From the NCBI GenBank assembly GCA_016927185.1, contig JAFGND010000025.1, forward strand, positions 15,889 to 79,888: DNA of 64,000 nt, written 5' to 3'. This document shows positions 1 to 8,590 of this stretch, piece after piece. The notes beneath the pieces were generated by a model. It was given only the letters and a program-made list of their open reading frames with translations. It had not been told where the DNA came from and made no database searches. Numbering within the stretch: position 1 is the first letter of the stretch; each line of letters begins with the position of its first letter. This DNA comes from Candidatus Coatesbacteria bacterium. GTDB lineage: Bacteria > JAFGND01. A program made the position numbers and the translations under genes.

Positions 1-985
1 AGGTATAAGAAATGAAGAGGTTTCCGCCTGTAATATTCTTCAACCAGTTAGCAATTACATCTATTATCTGTGTATGTTCCAAAAAACCTACAGCTATGAA
101 TATACCCATAAGAAAGATAGTTGTATCCCAATCATACTTTGTTTTTACATCAAGAAATTCTTCCTTGTCTTTGAAAAACATCCAGAGCATTCCTATGGCT
201 GCCATAACTATGCATATTGTTCCTCCAAGCCATGAGAAGTTTGGATCGAAAAGACTTGAAACAGCTAATCCAAGTATCATTATTACAAGCAATATTGTTG
301 GAATCCAGCTTCTTATAGGCTCTGAAGGTAATTCTCCTATAGGTTTTTTATACTTGTGAAAGAAAAGATATAAAACAGAAAAACCGAAAGCTGCACCTAT
401 TTGAATGGCAAAAAAGATGCTGGGTTTTCCCTTGTACCAGAAAAAGTCATTGAAGTTGATTTTGGCATAAGCACCAAGTATCATTGAAGGGGGATCTCCA
501 ATCAAGGTTGCAGTTCCCTGTAAATTGCTGCAGATTGCCATTGAAATAAGGAATGGAACTGGTGAAACTTCAAGCCTTCTGGCAAGTTCAAATGCAATTG
601 GTGCTAAAATCAAAACTGTTGCTACATTCTCCACAAACATGCTTATGAAGCTTGATATAGCTGATAAAAGCAGTATGGCAATTCCCAGATTGGGAGAGAT
701 TTTTATCAATTTAAGAGATAGCAATACAGGTACTTTCGAGAAAATAAAAGCTTCTGCCAATATCAATGTACCTGCAAAAATTCCAATTACATTCCAGTTG
801 ACTTCCCTTAACATGAAAGGGATTATATCTTTTACAGAGAAATAGGGATCCAGTGAAGTAATCACTATTGCAAGCAAGGCAATGCCCGGGATAATGAAAT
901 AAGTTTTATGCTTGTTTTTTATAATTATCAGGCAGAAGTAAATTGCCAGAAATATTATACTAACAATTATTTGCAGAAAATTCAT
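1..985 (-). CDS. ArsB/NhaD-superfamily (CitMHS-like) ion permease; partial, C-terminus beyond window start
   Basis: Reverse-strand ORF starts at the ATG complementary to 983-985 (MNFLQIIVSIIFLAIYF...) and runs off the window edge. It is polytopic with many hydrophobic helices. Motifs such as 'LGAYAKINFNDFFWYKGKP' resemble the ArsB/NhaD anion-permease fold. It is absent from the ORF track because there is no in-window stop. The + strand ORFs at 12-359 and 525-845 are antisense shadows. Confidence 0.55.
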   Translation of the reverse strand, partial: MNFLQIIVSIIFLAIYFCLIIIKNKHKTYFIIPGIALLAIVITSLDPYFSVKDIIPFMLREVNWNVIGIFAGTLILAEAFIFSKVPVLLSLKLIKISPNLGIAILLLSAISSFISMFVENVATVLILAPIAFELARRLEVSPVPFLISMAICSNLQGTATLIGDPPSMILGAYAKINFNDFFWYKGKPSIFFAIQIGAAFGFSVLYLFFHKYKKPIGELPSEPIRSWIPTILLVIMILGLAVSSLFDPNFSWLGGTICIVMAAIGMLWMFFKDKEEFLDVKTKYDWDTTIFLMGIFIAVGFLEHTQIIDVIANWLKNITGGNLFISYT

Positions 986-1188
986 AATCTATATAAACTC
1001 TCTCAACCAGGTTTTGAAAAAGATTTAAAGCAAAAAATTTACTAAAGTCTTCATTTTATCTGCCAGTCCTTTTAAATTCTGGAACTACTGACATAACTTG
1101 ATTTCTTATGTTTAAAGTCAAGGTAATTATCTTTTGATAAGTATTTGTGGCTTAGATTTAATTTTTTTGGTAAATATTTTCAGGAGTA

Positions 1189-1680
1189 TCAGTTCTGTCC
1201 AAATTCCTGTTCTATTTCATTCGTAATGTCTCTAAAGAAAGAATTTCTGTAACCTGCAGTCCTCCAAATCAATTCACCATCCTTATTAAAAAGGAATACT
1301 GCTGGAACAGCTTTTTGCCCCAGTGCTTCGAAGTCCTTCTCCTTTATCAGATAGCTAGGATATTCTATGCGATTTTGTTCAACCCAGAGCAGCATCTGTC
1401 TTGAATCTTTTTCCATTACTACAGATATTATTGCAATTCTCTGTTTTTTTCTTTTGCAGAGTTTGCTTATCCTGTCAAGATCTAGTAGAAGAGGTTTTGA
1501 AGGTTCATTCCAGGAAGCTGAAAACACAAGTATAATCAGTCTTCCCCTCAGTTGTGCAAGAAAAAAAAGGTCATTGGATCTTATTTCTTTAAGAGGCGTA
1601 AACCAGACATTCTCTATATCATCTGCATAAAGCCTTCCTAATTGAAATGCCAGAACAATTAAAAGAACATGAAGTCGCAT
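1189..1680 (-). CDS. Secreted thioredoxin-fold (TlpA/ResA-like) protein lacking the CXXC active site
   Basis: Signal peptide (MRLHVLLIVLAFQLG). The fold signature 'LIILVFSASWNEPSKP' aligns to the TlpA 'FWASWCGPC' region, but both cysteines are replaced (C to N, C to S). Confidence 0.5.
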   Translation of the reverse strand: MRLHVLLIVLAFQLGRLYADDIENVWFTPLKEIRSNDLFFLAQLRGRLIILVFSASWNEPSKPLLLDLDRISKLCKRKKQRIAIISVVMEKDSRQMLLWVEQNRIEYPSYLIKEKDFEALGQKAVPAVFLFNKDGELIWRTAGYRNSFFRDITNEIEQEFGQN

Positions 1681-1683
1681 AAA

Positions 1684-2847
1684 TTATTCAAGCAATTTGT
1701 CTGGTAAAATGAAATCCTGCAAGGTTTCTTGAAAATATCTATCAGTCATGCTTGCAATGAAGTCTCTTACAATCATGGGATAACTGTTATTTTTCATGTA
1801 ATCAGTGGATCTTCCTTTCAGGAAATGCTTGAATATCTTGCTATCTTTCCTGTGTTCACTGAGATCTTCAAGGAAAACCTCAAACATTATTTTGAAACCT
1901 CTCCCAATCTTTACCTTGGATCTTTTTATATTTGAATGGCTGTATATGAATTCATAATTAAAATCTTTCAGTTTTCTTAGCTCTTCTGAAATATCTTCTT
2001 CAAAGGAAATGGAGTTTTTACCGTAACTGCTTATAACCAGTGATTTTACAAGAGTGTCAATTATACGGGAATTTCTATCACCAAGTTTTATATAACAAGA
2101 TTGCGGTATTGCCTCTCTTTCAATCAAACCTGCTCTTATTGCATCCTCTATATCCTTTCCTATATAAGCAATAGTATCCGAAAACCTTACAACACATCCT
2201 TCGAGCGTTGATGGAGTACATGTTATCTTTTCTCCTTCTGTCTTGAGTCTTGCATATTCCTGCAAATCTTTTTCAGTTTTATTCCTGTCTGGTTCAAGCA
2301 CTTGATTATGAACTTCTCCATCATGACTGACAATTCCATCTCTTACCTGAAAAGTCAGATTCATTCCTTTGCCTTTATTAGAGACATGATCAACTATATG
2401 AAGACCATGAACATTATGATGAAATTCACCTATTCCATTCTCCTTGCATAGTTCTGACAGGAAGTATTCGCCATCATGACCGAAAGGTGTATGTCCGAGA
2501 TCATGCGATAATGCAATTGCTTCAATAAGATCAAGATTCAATCCAAGCAGTTTGCCTATTGTTCTTGATATCTGGGAAACATATGTAGTATGCAATGAAC
2601 GGGTTGCAATATCCTCATCAAGTATATTGGCAAAATAGAAAACCTGGGTTTTCCCCTGATATCTTCTGTATGCTCCACTGTAAAGAATTCTGTCCCTGTC
2701 TTGAGCAAAAGGAGTTCTTGTAAGCTCAATAGCTTCTTCTGTTAATCTCCACGCCTCTTTGTTCCTTGTTGCATAAGGGCTAAGCTGTGATTCTTCCCTT
2801 TCCTCTATTTCTTTCATTAACTTACCTAATATTTCAAATTCCTTCAT
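1684..2847 (-). CDS. dgt: HD-domain dGTP triphosphohydrolase-like phosphohydrolase
   Basis: Motif 'LSHDLGHTPFGHDGE' is the HD metal-binding signature typical of the dGTPase family. Length of 387 aa fits. Confidence 0.7.
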   Translation of the reverse strand: MKEFEILGKLMKEIEEREESQLSPYATRNKEAWRLTEEAIELTRTPFAQDRDRILYSGAYRRYQGKTQVFYFANILDEDIATRSLHTTYVSQISRTIGKLLGLNLDLIEAIALSHDLGHTPFGHDGEYFLSELCKENGIGEFHHNVHGLHIVDHVSNKGKGMNLTFQVRDGIVSHDGEVHNQVLEPDRNKTEKDLQEYARLKTEGEKITCTPSTLEGCVVRFSDTIAYIGKDIEDAIRAGLIEREAIPQSCYIKLGDRNSRIIDTLVKSLVISSYGKNSISFEEDISEELRKLKDFNYEFIYSHSNIKRSKVKIGRGFKIMFEVFLEDLSEHRKDSKIFKHFLKGRSTDYMKNNSYPMIVRDFIASMTDRYFQETLQDFILPDKLLE

Positions 2848-2861
2848 ACTCTTCTCCTGTT

Positions 2862-3416
2862 TTATCTTTCCTTAGCTCCTGCTTTGCGAAGAATTACAGC
2901 TATTTCAGGATTTTCTTCTTCATCAACCATATCAAGAACTGATATTCCGTCGGAGTCTTTTGCGTTGACATTTGCTCCCTTGCTTATCAGGAATTTAACT
3001 AAATCCTTCTTGCCATAAAGTACTGCTATTATCAGGGGAGTCTCTCCATTCTCATTTTTTTCCTCTATATCAACGCCTTTCTCAAGCAAGAGATTTACCA
3101 TATCAATATTACCCATTTCACAGGCAAGATGTACTGGTGTCCTGAATTCATCGTCGGCTTTTTTTACATCTTCACCTTCTTTAATTGATAGTCTTGCTTT
3201 CTTAAGGTCATTTGATTTTATTGCTTCATGAAGTTTGCTTGTTCCTGAAACATCTTTGGTTTTCGAAGTATCCACCGAGTTGTCTTTGTTTGTTTCCTCA
3301 ATATCTTCATTTATATTACTTTTTCTCGTTTTTGTTCCGCAGTTAATGCTGAATATTAGAATGAGTGATAATATTATATAGATAGGCAATTTCATTTGTC
3401 CTCCAGTTTTCAGCAT
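2862..3416 (-). CDS. Secreted/lipoprotein ankyrin-repeat protein
   Basis: Signal peptide with Cys (…IFSINCGTK). At least three ankyrin repeats ('TPVHLACEMGNIDMVNLLLEKGVDIEEKNENGETPLIIAVLYGKKDLVKFLISKGANVNAKDSDG'). Confidence 0.7.
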   Translation of the reverse strand: MLKTGGQMKLPIYIILSLILIFSINCGTKTRKSNINEDIEETNKDNSVDTSKTKDVSGTSKLHEAIKSNDLKKARLSIKEGEDVKKADDEFRTPVHLACEMGNIDMVNLLLEKGVDIEEKNENGETPLIIAVLYGKKDLVKFLISKGANVNAKDSDGISVLDMVDEEENPEIAVILRKAGAKER

Positions 3417-3552
3417 GAATCTGAAATCTGACTGTTTAAGTCAATTATTTATATACAATTAGTTTGTTTGTAATAAACTATCATATTGTAAAACATGATT
3501 GACAAAATAACTTGTTATTTAGAGCATCAAGAAATCTAATTTAGGAGGTTAA

Positions 3553-4236
3553 ATGAAAAAGGCAATAATATCAGTTTTTTTATCATTGATACTTGTTTTA
3601 TCAATGTTTTCATGTGGTGATGATGATGATGATGGAGACAATACTGGAACAGGATCGGGAACTGCCGAAAACTGGATACCTCTCGCTAATGGTAATAAAT
3701 GGACGCTTGAAGGTTCAGTAACTGATAACAGTATTAAAACGACTGTTACATCTGTCACCACCATAATTGGTGATACAACCTTTGCTGATAAAGGTTCTGT
3801 GAAATATGGAGAAAGAAGCAATCATATTGTATCAGTAAGGGAGATGATTAATGATACAATATCAGATACAACAGAGGTTTTCAGGATTTATGCTTCAAAG
3901 ACAGATGATTATTATGAATTCGGATTTGTTGATACAACTGATGAAATTCACTGGGTAAGAATTATTAAATTACCAGCCAAGGTTGATGACAACTGGCAAT
4001 CAGATCCTGATGATAATACTTCGCATGCCCAGACTATGAGATTTGAAGATATATCAACTCCAAAAGGCGACTTCAAGGGATGTGTTGTAATAGATAATTA
4101 TTACAAGAATCAGTATAATGAATATACTTCACCTACAACATGGTACTCAAAGGATATTGGAACAGTAAGGACTCAATTCGAGATAAGGGATGATCTTCCA
4201 ATTATCCTTGATCTTATCGATTATAAATTGTATTAA
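3553..4236 (+). CDS. Hypothetical lipoprotein
   Basis: Strong SD (aggagg) 4 nt upstream. Lipobox 'LSMFSC' followed by a poly-Asp/Gly linker. No recognisable domain. Confidence 0.55.
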   Translation: MKKAIISVFLSLILVLSMFSCGDDDDDGDNTGTGSGTAENWIPLANGNKWTLEGSVTDNSIKTTVTSVTTIIGDTTFADKGSVKYGERSNHIVSVREMINDTISDTTEVFRIYASKTDDYYEFGFVDTTDEIHWVRIIKLPAKVDDNWQSDPDDNTSHAQTMRFEDISTPKGDFKGCVVIDNYYKNQYNEYTSPTTWYSKDIGTVRTQFEIRDDLPIILDLIDYKLY

Positions 4237-4255
4237 AAATTCATAGGAGAGAGCT

Positions 4256-5101
4256 TCATGCTTTCTCCTGCGCATCGTCTGTGCTTATTTTCTTTATATC
4301 AATTTTTCTGTTTTCCTGAAGCCATTTTTCCTGAAACGAGCGTCTTGCTGCATTACTTATCTCTTTAATAAACCAGTAATTGGAGGAACCTCCAACTACT
4401 GCACCGATAGCAGGAATAGCTGCCAGGAGTTTTCTTTTGGTTAGATTAAGTCCTATCTGCTGGGCAAGTTTTCTGATAGTGATGTAAGCTGTTTCCTTGG
4501 AAAGGGTTTTAAGAGTAATTAGTGCAGCAGTTTTTTCCTCTACAGTATTTGCACCAGCAGCAGAGAGAATGGAGAATACAAATTGCTTGTCTTGCTCAGT
4601 TTTTGCCTCGAAACCATAGCATAAGCCTATCCTGTGAATAGTCCTGAGGGCAAGAATAAGTATGGAAGGAACATCTATTCCGATCCCGACGAAACCAGTT
4701 GCTCCTGTTGATGCTCCTTCAAGTGTAGCAATACCAATTGCCCATTTATGGACATCATCAGCCAGTTTGTCACAGGTTTCAAGATTCATGTGTTGCAGTT
4801 CCTCTATATTTTTAACGCCAGCCTTTCTTTTAATAACTTTGCTTCTAGCCAGCCATTTTGAGGAAGCATATCCGAAATCAAGAATACCCTTGATTGCTGA
4901 TTGTGGGATAATACTCTGTACTATTTTTGTGAAGGGTGCAATGATTTCACCTAGCGCCTTGCTGATAACTCCAGGTTCCTCTTTCATCCAGTTATTGATT
5001 TCGCTAATCTGCAATGTTTCATATGGAGTCAAGGATTTCTCACCAGGTCTTATTTCAATTACTTCCACTTCCTCAACTGGCTGTTCCTGTTGGTTTTGCA
5101 T
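4256..5101 (-). CDS. EcsC-family protein (putative)
   Basis: Length, glycine-rich central segment 'GASTGATGFVGIGIDVPS' and overall pattern resemble the EcsC family. Assigned from memory only. Confidence 0.4.
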   Translation of the reverse strand: MQNQQEQPVEEVEVIEIRPGEKSLTPYETLQISEINNWMKEEPGVISKALGEIIAPFTKIVQSIIPQSAIKGILDFGYASSKWLARSKVIKRKAGVKNIEELQHMNLETCDKLADDVHKWAIGIATLEGASTGATGFVGIGIDVPSILILALRTIHRIGLCYGFEAKTEQDKQFVFSILSAAGANTVEEKTAALITLKTLSKETAYITIRKLAQQIGLNLTKRKLLAAIPAIGAVVGGSSNYWFIKEISNAARRSFQEKWLQENRKIDIKKISTDDAQEKA

Positions 5102-5219
5102 ATCACTTCCTTGTTTTTCAAAACAACTACCAGATTGCGAATTTTTGTCAAGCTACTCATTGGAAAAGACTTATCCATTCCTCTTGTCAAAAAAAGCTCA
5201 TTATGGATTGTTGCCTGTC

Positions 5220-6185
5220 ATGAAAAAGGTTCTCATATTGACAACTGGTGGAACAATCATGATGAGCTATGATCATGAAAGTGGCGTTATACCATCAAAA
5301 TCAGGTGCAGAATTGATAGCAAGTGTTCCCCAGGTTTCCGAATATGCACATGTTGATATTTGTGAATTCATGAATATTCCAAGCCCTCATATTACTCCTG
5401 AAAAAATGTTCGATTTGGCAAAGGAAGTAGACAGGCAGATAAAATATTATGACGGGATAATCATTACCCATGGAACTGATACTCTTGAAGAAACTGCATA
5501 CATGCTTGATCTGGTTTGCTCAAGCAGCAAGCCGATTGTATTCACAGCTGCAATGAGATCTAATGATGATATCGGAGTAGACGGGCCGAGAAACCTGCTT
5601 TCATCAGTAAGAACAGTTTGCAGTCCATCAGCAATTGGCAAGGGTGTAATGGTAGTTCTGAATGATACCATATTTGGAGCAAGAGAAGTTACCAAGACTT
5701 GTACAAATAATGTTGCTGCCTTTGAAAGTCCGCAATATGGCCATCTTGGAGTGGTAGATGAAGACAGGATAGTTTTCTACAGGGAAAGTACGGTCAGAGA
5801 CAGGATAATCACTGATTCAATTGATTCAAGAGTAGAGCTAATAAAAATGACAGCAGGAAGTGATTCCAAATTTTTCCATACCTGTATAGATGCTGGCATG
5901 AAAGGTATTGTTGTTGAAGCACTTGGAAGAGGTAATATCCCTCCATCTGCAATCGAGGGAGTTAAGAAAGCACTTGATGCTAAATTGATAATTATAATGG
6001 TATCAAGAACTTATAATGGAAGAGTGCTGGATGTATATGGTTATGAGGGTGGGGGGAAAAAACTGAAAGAGATGGGTGTTATCATGGGAGGAGATTTGAG
6101 AGGTCCGAAAGCAAGGATAAAATTAATGGTTCTTTTAGGCAAGAACGCTTCACGAGAAGAAATAATTTCTACATTTGATGATTAA
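5220..6185 (+). CDS. ansA: L-asparaginase, type I
   Basis: 'MKKVLILTTGGTIMM' (TGGTI threonine motif) and 'ITHGTDTLEETAY'. The track ORF 4662-6185 is a run-through; the real start is the ATG at 5220. The upstream part is an antisense shadow of the 4256-5101 gene. Confidence 0.8.
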   Translation: MKKVLILTTGGTIMMSYDHESGVIPSKSGAELIASVPQVSEYAHVDICEFMNIPSPHITPEKMFDLAKEVDRQIKYYDGIIITHGTDTLEETAYMLDLVCSSSKPIVFTAAMRSNDDIGVDGPRNLLSSVRTVCSPSAIGKGVMVVLNDTIFGAREVTKTCTNNVAAFESPQYGHLGVVDEDRIVFYRESTVRDRIITDSIDSRVELIKMTAGSDSKFFHTCIDAGMKGIVVEALGRGNIPPSAIEGVKKALDAKLIIIMVSRTYNGRVLDVYGYEGGGKKLKEMGVIMGGDLRGPKARIKLMVLLGKNASREEIISTFDD

Positions 6186-6202
6186 ATCAAAGGAGGTAAA
6201 TA

Positions 6203-7348
6203 ATGAAACTAGGAATCTTGACTGGGGGAGGAGATGTTCCTGGACTTAATCCATGTATCAAAGCAGCTGTTGTTCGTGCTCTAGAATCACATATGGATGT
6301 AATAGGTTTCAGGAGAGGCTGGGCTGGACTTCTGAATATTAATCCAGAAAATCCTGATTCTATTCCTGAGAACAGTTTCCCGCTTGTTCAGAACACAGTC
6401 AGGAAAATAGATAGAACAGGGGGAACTTTTCTTCATACATCTCGAACAAATCCCCAGAATGTAAATCCAAGAGAGACACCTGAATTTCTTGAACCCGCAA
6501 ACATTGGGGAAACAAAGGATTTTACAAAACATATATTAAAGAATCTGGAATATATGGGAATAGATGTTCTGATAGCAATAGGGGGAGATGATACGCTTTC
6601 ATATGCAGTAAGATTGAATAATGAAGGTTTTCCAATTGTTGGAATTCCCAAAACAATGGATAATGATGTTTTTGGAACTGATTATTGCATTGGATTTTCT
6701 ACTGCAGTTACCCGTTCAGTTGAAATGATTACTGCCTTGAGAACTTCTGCAGGTTCTCATGAAAGAATAGCAATCATTGAATTGTTCGGGAGAAATTCTG
6801 GTGAGACAAGCCTTATAAGTGCTTATCTTGCTGATGTAAACAGGGCGATAATTTCTGAAGTCCCATTTGATCCGGAAAAACTTGCTAATTTCCTGAAAGA
6901 GGATTATGACAGTAATCCAAGCCATTATGCAATAATGACAATAAGCGAGGGAGCAAGTTTTCTTGGGGGAACAGTAATTGAAGAAGGTGAACCAGATGCC
7001 TACGGTCACAAGAAACTGGGTGGAATTGGCAAAATGACATCCGAAATCATCAGAAAAATTACGAAGAAAGGGATCATTTACCAGACACTTGCCTATCTCA
7101 TGAGATCAGGAGCACCAGACTCACTTGACAGGATGGTTGCAAAAAGCTTTGGAACAATGGCTATTGAAATGGCTTTGAAAGGAAGAACTGGCAAGATGGT
7201 AGCACTTCAGGATGGGAAGTATACCGCTATCTCACTAGAGACAATACAAATGGGTGAGAAAAGGGTAGATGTCAGGGAATTCTATGATATAGACAATTAC
7301 AGACCATTCATAACAACAATGTTTGGAAAACCGATGTTTCTTTATTGA
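6203..7348 (+). CDS. pfkA: 6-phosphofructokinase (PfkA family, ATP- or PPi-dependent)
   Basis: '[13 protein letters not shown]', 'GGDDTLSYA', 'PKTMDNDV' are canonical PFK motifs. SD 'aaaggagg' upstream. Confidence 0.8.
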   Translation: MKLGILTGGGDVPGLNPCIKAAVVRALESHMDVIGFRRGWAGLLNINPENPDSIPENSFPLVQNTVRKIDRTGGTFLHTSRTNPQNVNPRETPEFLEPANIGETKDFTKHILKNLEYMGIDVLIAIGGDDTLSYAVRLNNEGFPIVGIPKTMDNDVFGTDYCIGFSTAVTRSVEMITALRTSAGSHERIAIIELFGRNSGETSLISAYLADVNRAIISEVPFDPEKLANFLKEDYDSNPSHYAIMTISEGASFLGGTVIEEGEPDAYGHKKLGGIGKMTSEIIRKITKKGIIYQTLAYLMRSGAPDSLDRMVAKSFGTMAIEMALKGRTGKMVALQDGKYTAISLETIQMGEKRVDVREFYDIDNYRPFITTMFGKPMFLY

Positions 7349-7351
7349 AAC

Positions 7352-7386
7352 AAAAAAGCCGAATAACTAAAATTCGGCTTTCTCTA
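7352..7386. terminator. Rho-independent terminator (bidirectional) after pfkA
   Basis: Perfect 9-bp stem 'aagccgaat'/'attcggctt' (7356-7364 / 7372-7380) with a 7-nt loop. A-run upstream and T-rich run downstream. Confidence 0.6.
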
Positions 7387-7398
7387 TTTCCTTTAATT

Positions 7399-7824
7399 TT
7401 ACTTAACCAGAAATGTCATACTGTCAAGTTTTGCATTATTAATATAGATAGTAACAGACCAGTAGCCAATTTTCATTGGAGCAGAACCTGTTCTAAAAAC
7501 TTTTGAGAATGCAACATCTTGAGTTCCATCCATTTCCACTTTCAAGTCAAGCACTGGTGACCAGTTGTTGCCTGATGCTTGTGACCAGACAAAGCGAATT
7601 ATTGTTCCCTTTGGTAGTGGTTTGACCCACGTCACTCTGCAGTTTAACAATCCAGTGAAATACTGTCCGATATGCCTCGAAGGATTATCAACTATACCTT
7701 CCTGATGTCCCAGTCCCAATTCTATTTTTACTGGGAAGGTTTCCGCCTGAGTCAAGGCATTCAAAGGCATTGCCATCATCAGCAAGCCTAAAAGAATTGT
7801 GATCATAGTAACTTTTTTTAACAT
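7399..7824 (-). CDS. Small secreted protein, paralog A (unknown function)
   Basis: Signal peptide. Shares the conserved core 'CRVTW..PLPKGT.I.F.W....G.W......DGTQDVA.S...R.G..P' with the next gene. Confidence 0.6.
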   Translation of the reverse strand: MLKKVTMITILLGLLMMAMPLNALTQAETFPVKIELGLGHQEGIVDNPSRHIGQYFTGLLNCRVTWVKPLPKGTIIRFVWSQASGNNWSPVLDLKVEMDGTQDVAFSKVFRTGSAPMKIGYWSVTIYINNAKLDSMTFLVK

Positions 7825-7837
7825 TTCTACTCCTTGA

Positions 7838-8413
7838 TTATTTAACAGTAAAGAAAACTTCTTTAACGAGCTTATCGTTTTCGAAAACTGTAACCTTGCA
7901 TTCGCCTCCTGCTATGGGACCTGTTCCCTGTCTGTATATTCTTGAATAAGCAACATCCTGTGTTCCGTCAAGCATGACAGTAGGTGGAGCCAGCAATCTT
8001 ACCCAGCTTCCTCCAGAATTTCTTGTCCATTCGAATTTGATGACTGTGCCTTTTGGAAGAGGAGAAGACCATGTTACTCTGCATATAGCATCTCCAACGA
8101 AATATTTAGAAATTACTGTCGTATAATTACGGATTGTTCCCTGGTTTCCCAAGCCGAACTCCACTTTCTTTGGTTGATGAACATCTGCAGATGGTGTTGG
8201 TGTTGGTGTTGGAGTAGGTGTTGGTGTTGGAGTAGGTGTTGGTTGAGGAGTATCCTTTTTCCCGAACATATCCGTGCACTGGCAAGCTACAGCTGCCAGA
8301 AATAGAATCAATGAAATTACAACTACAATTAATCTTATCTGCTTATGCTTTAGCATTTTACCCCCTTCTTTTAAGTACATTTTGAATGTGATTTCAATGG
8401 TTTTATTAAGCAA
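7838..8413 (-). CDS. Small secreted protein, paralog B, with (Thr-Pro)n linker
   Basis: Signal/TM anchor, 'PQPTPTPTPTPTPTPTPS' linker, then a domain homologous to 7399-7824. Confidence 0.6.
   Translation of the reverse strand: MLNKTIEITFKMYLKEGGKMLKHKQIRLIVVVISLILFLAAVACQCTDMFGKKDTPQPTPTPTPTPTPTPTPTPSADVHQPKKVEFGLGNQGTIRNYTTVISKYFVGDAICRVTWSSPLPKGTVIKFEWTRNSGGSWVRLLAPPTVMLDGTQDVAYSRIYRQGTGPIAGGECKVTVFENDKLVKEVFFTVK
8193..8244 (-). repeat. Coding tandem repeat (ggtgtt/ggagta units) encoding the (TP)n linker
   Basis: Direct tandem repetition visible in the sequence ('ggtgttggtgttggagtaggtgtt' x2). Confidence 0.5.
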
Positions 8414-8590
8414 TTATGTCAAGAAAAAATAATATAAATCTTAATATCGCTCCCTGGAAATCATGGACTAGCTGAAACCCTCACCCCTCTCCTATGAGGT
8501 AGAGAGGGAAGATAATATCTCAATAAAAATAGTCATCCTGAACGAAACATTTCTCGCCAAGAATTTGATTAAAGGGTTTGATACAATATA

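Noticed and set aside
12-845. Plus-strand ORFs 12-359 and 525-845
   Set aside because: Low-complexity translations. They lie antisense to a well-formed polytopic permease ORF on the minus strand that reads through the window edge.
4662-5219. 5' two-thirds of the 507-aa track ORF 4662-6185
   Set aside because: This is the antisense shadow of the 4256-5101 gene. The asparaginase homology begins at the Met at 5220 (MKKVLILTTGGTI). Upstream translation is Cys/Ser-rich nonsense.
8193-8244. Short tandem DNA repeat considered as a CRISPR or minisatellite
   Set aside because: There are only two to three units with no spacers. It lies inside a CDS and simply encodes the (TP)n linker.
8484-8508. GC-rich inverted repeat ccctctc…gagaggg downstream of the WD40 gene
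   Set aside because: It has an 11-nt loop and no U-tract in the direction of transcription. It is not a convincing intrinsic terminator, and possibly just a structural or REP-like element.
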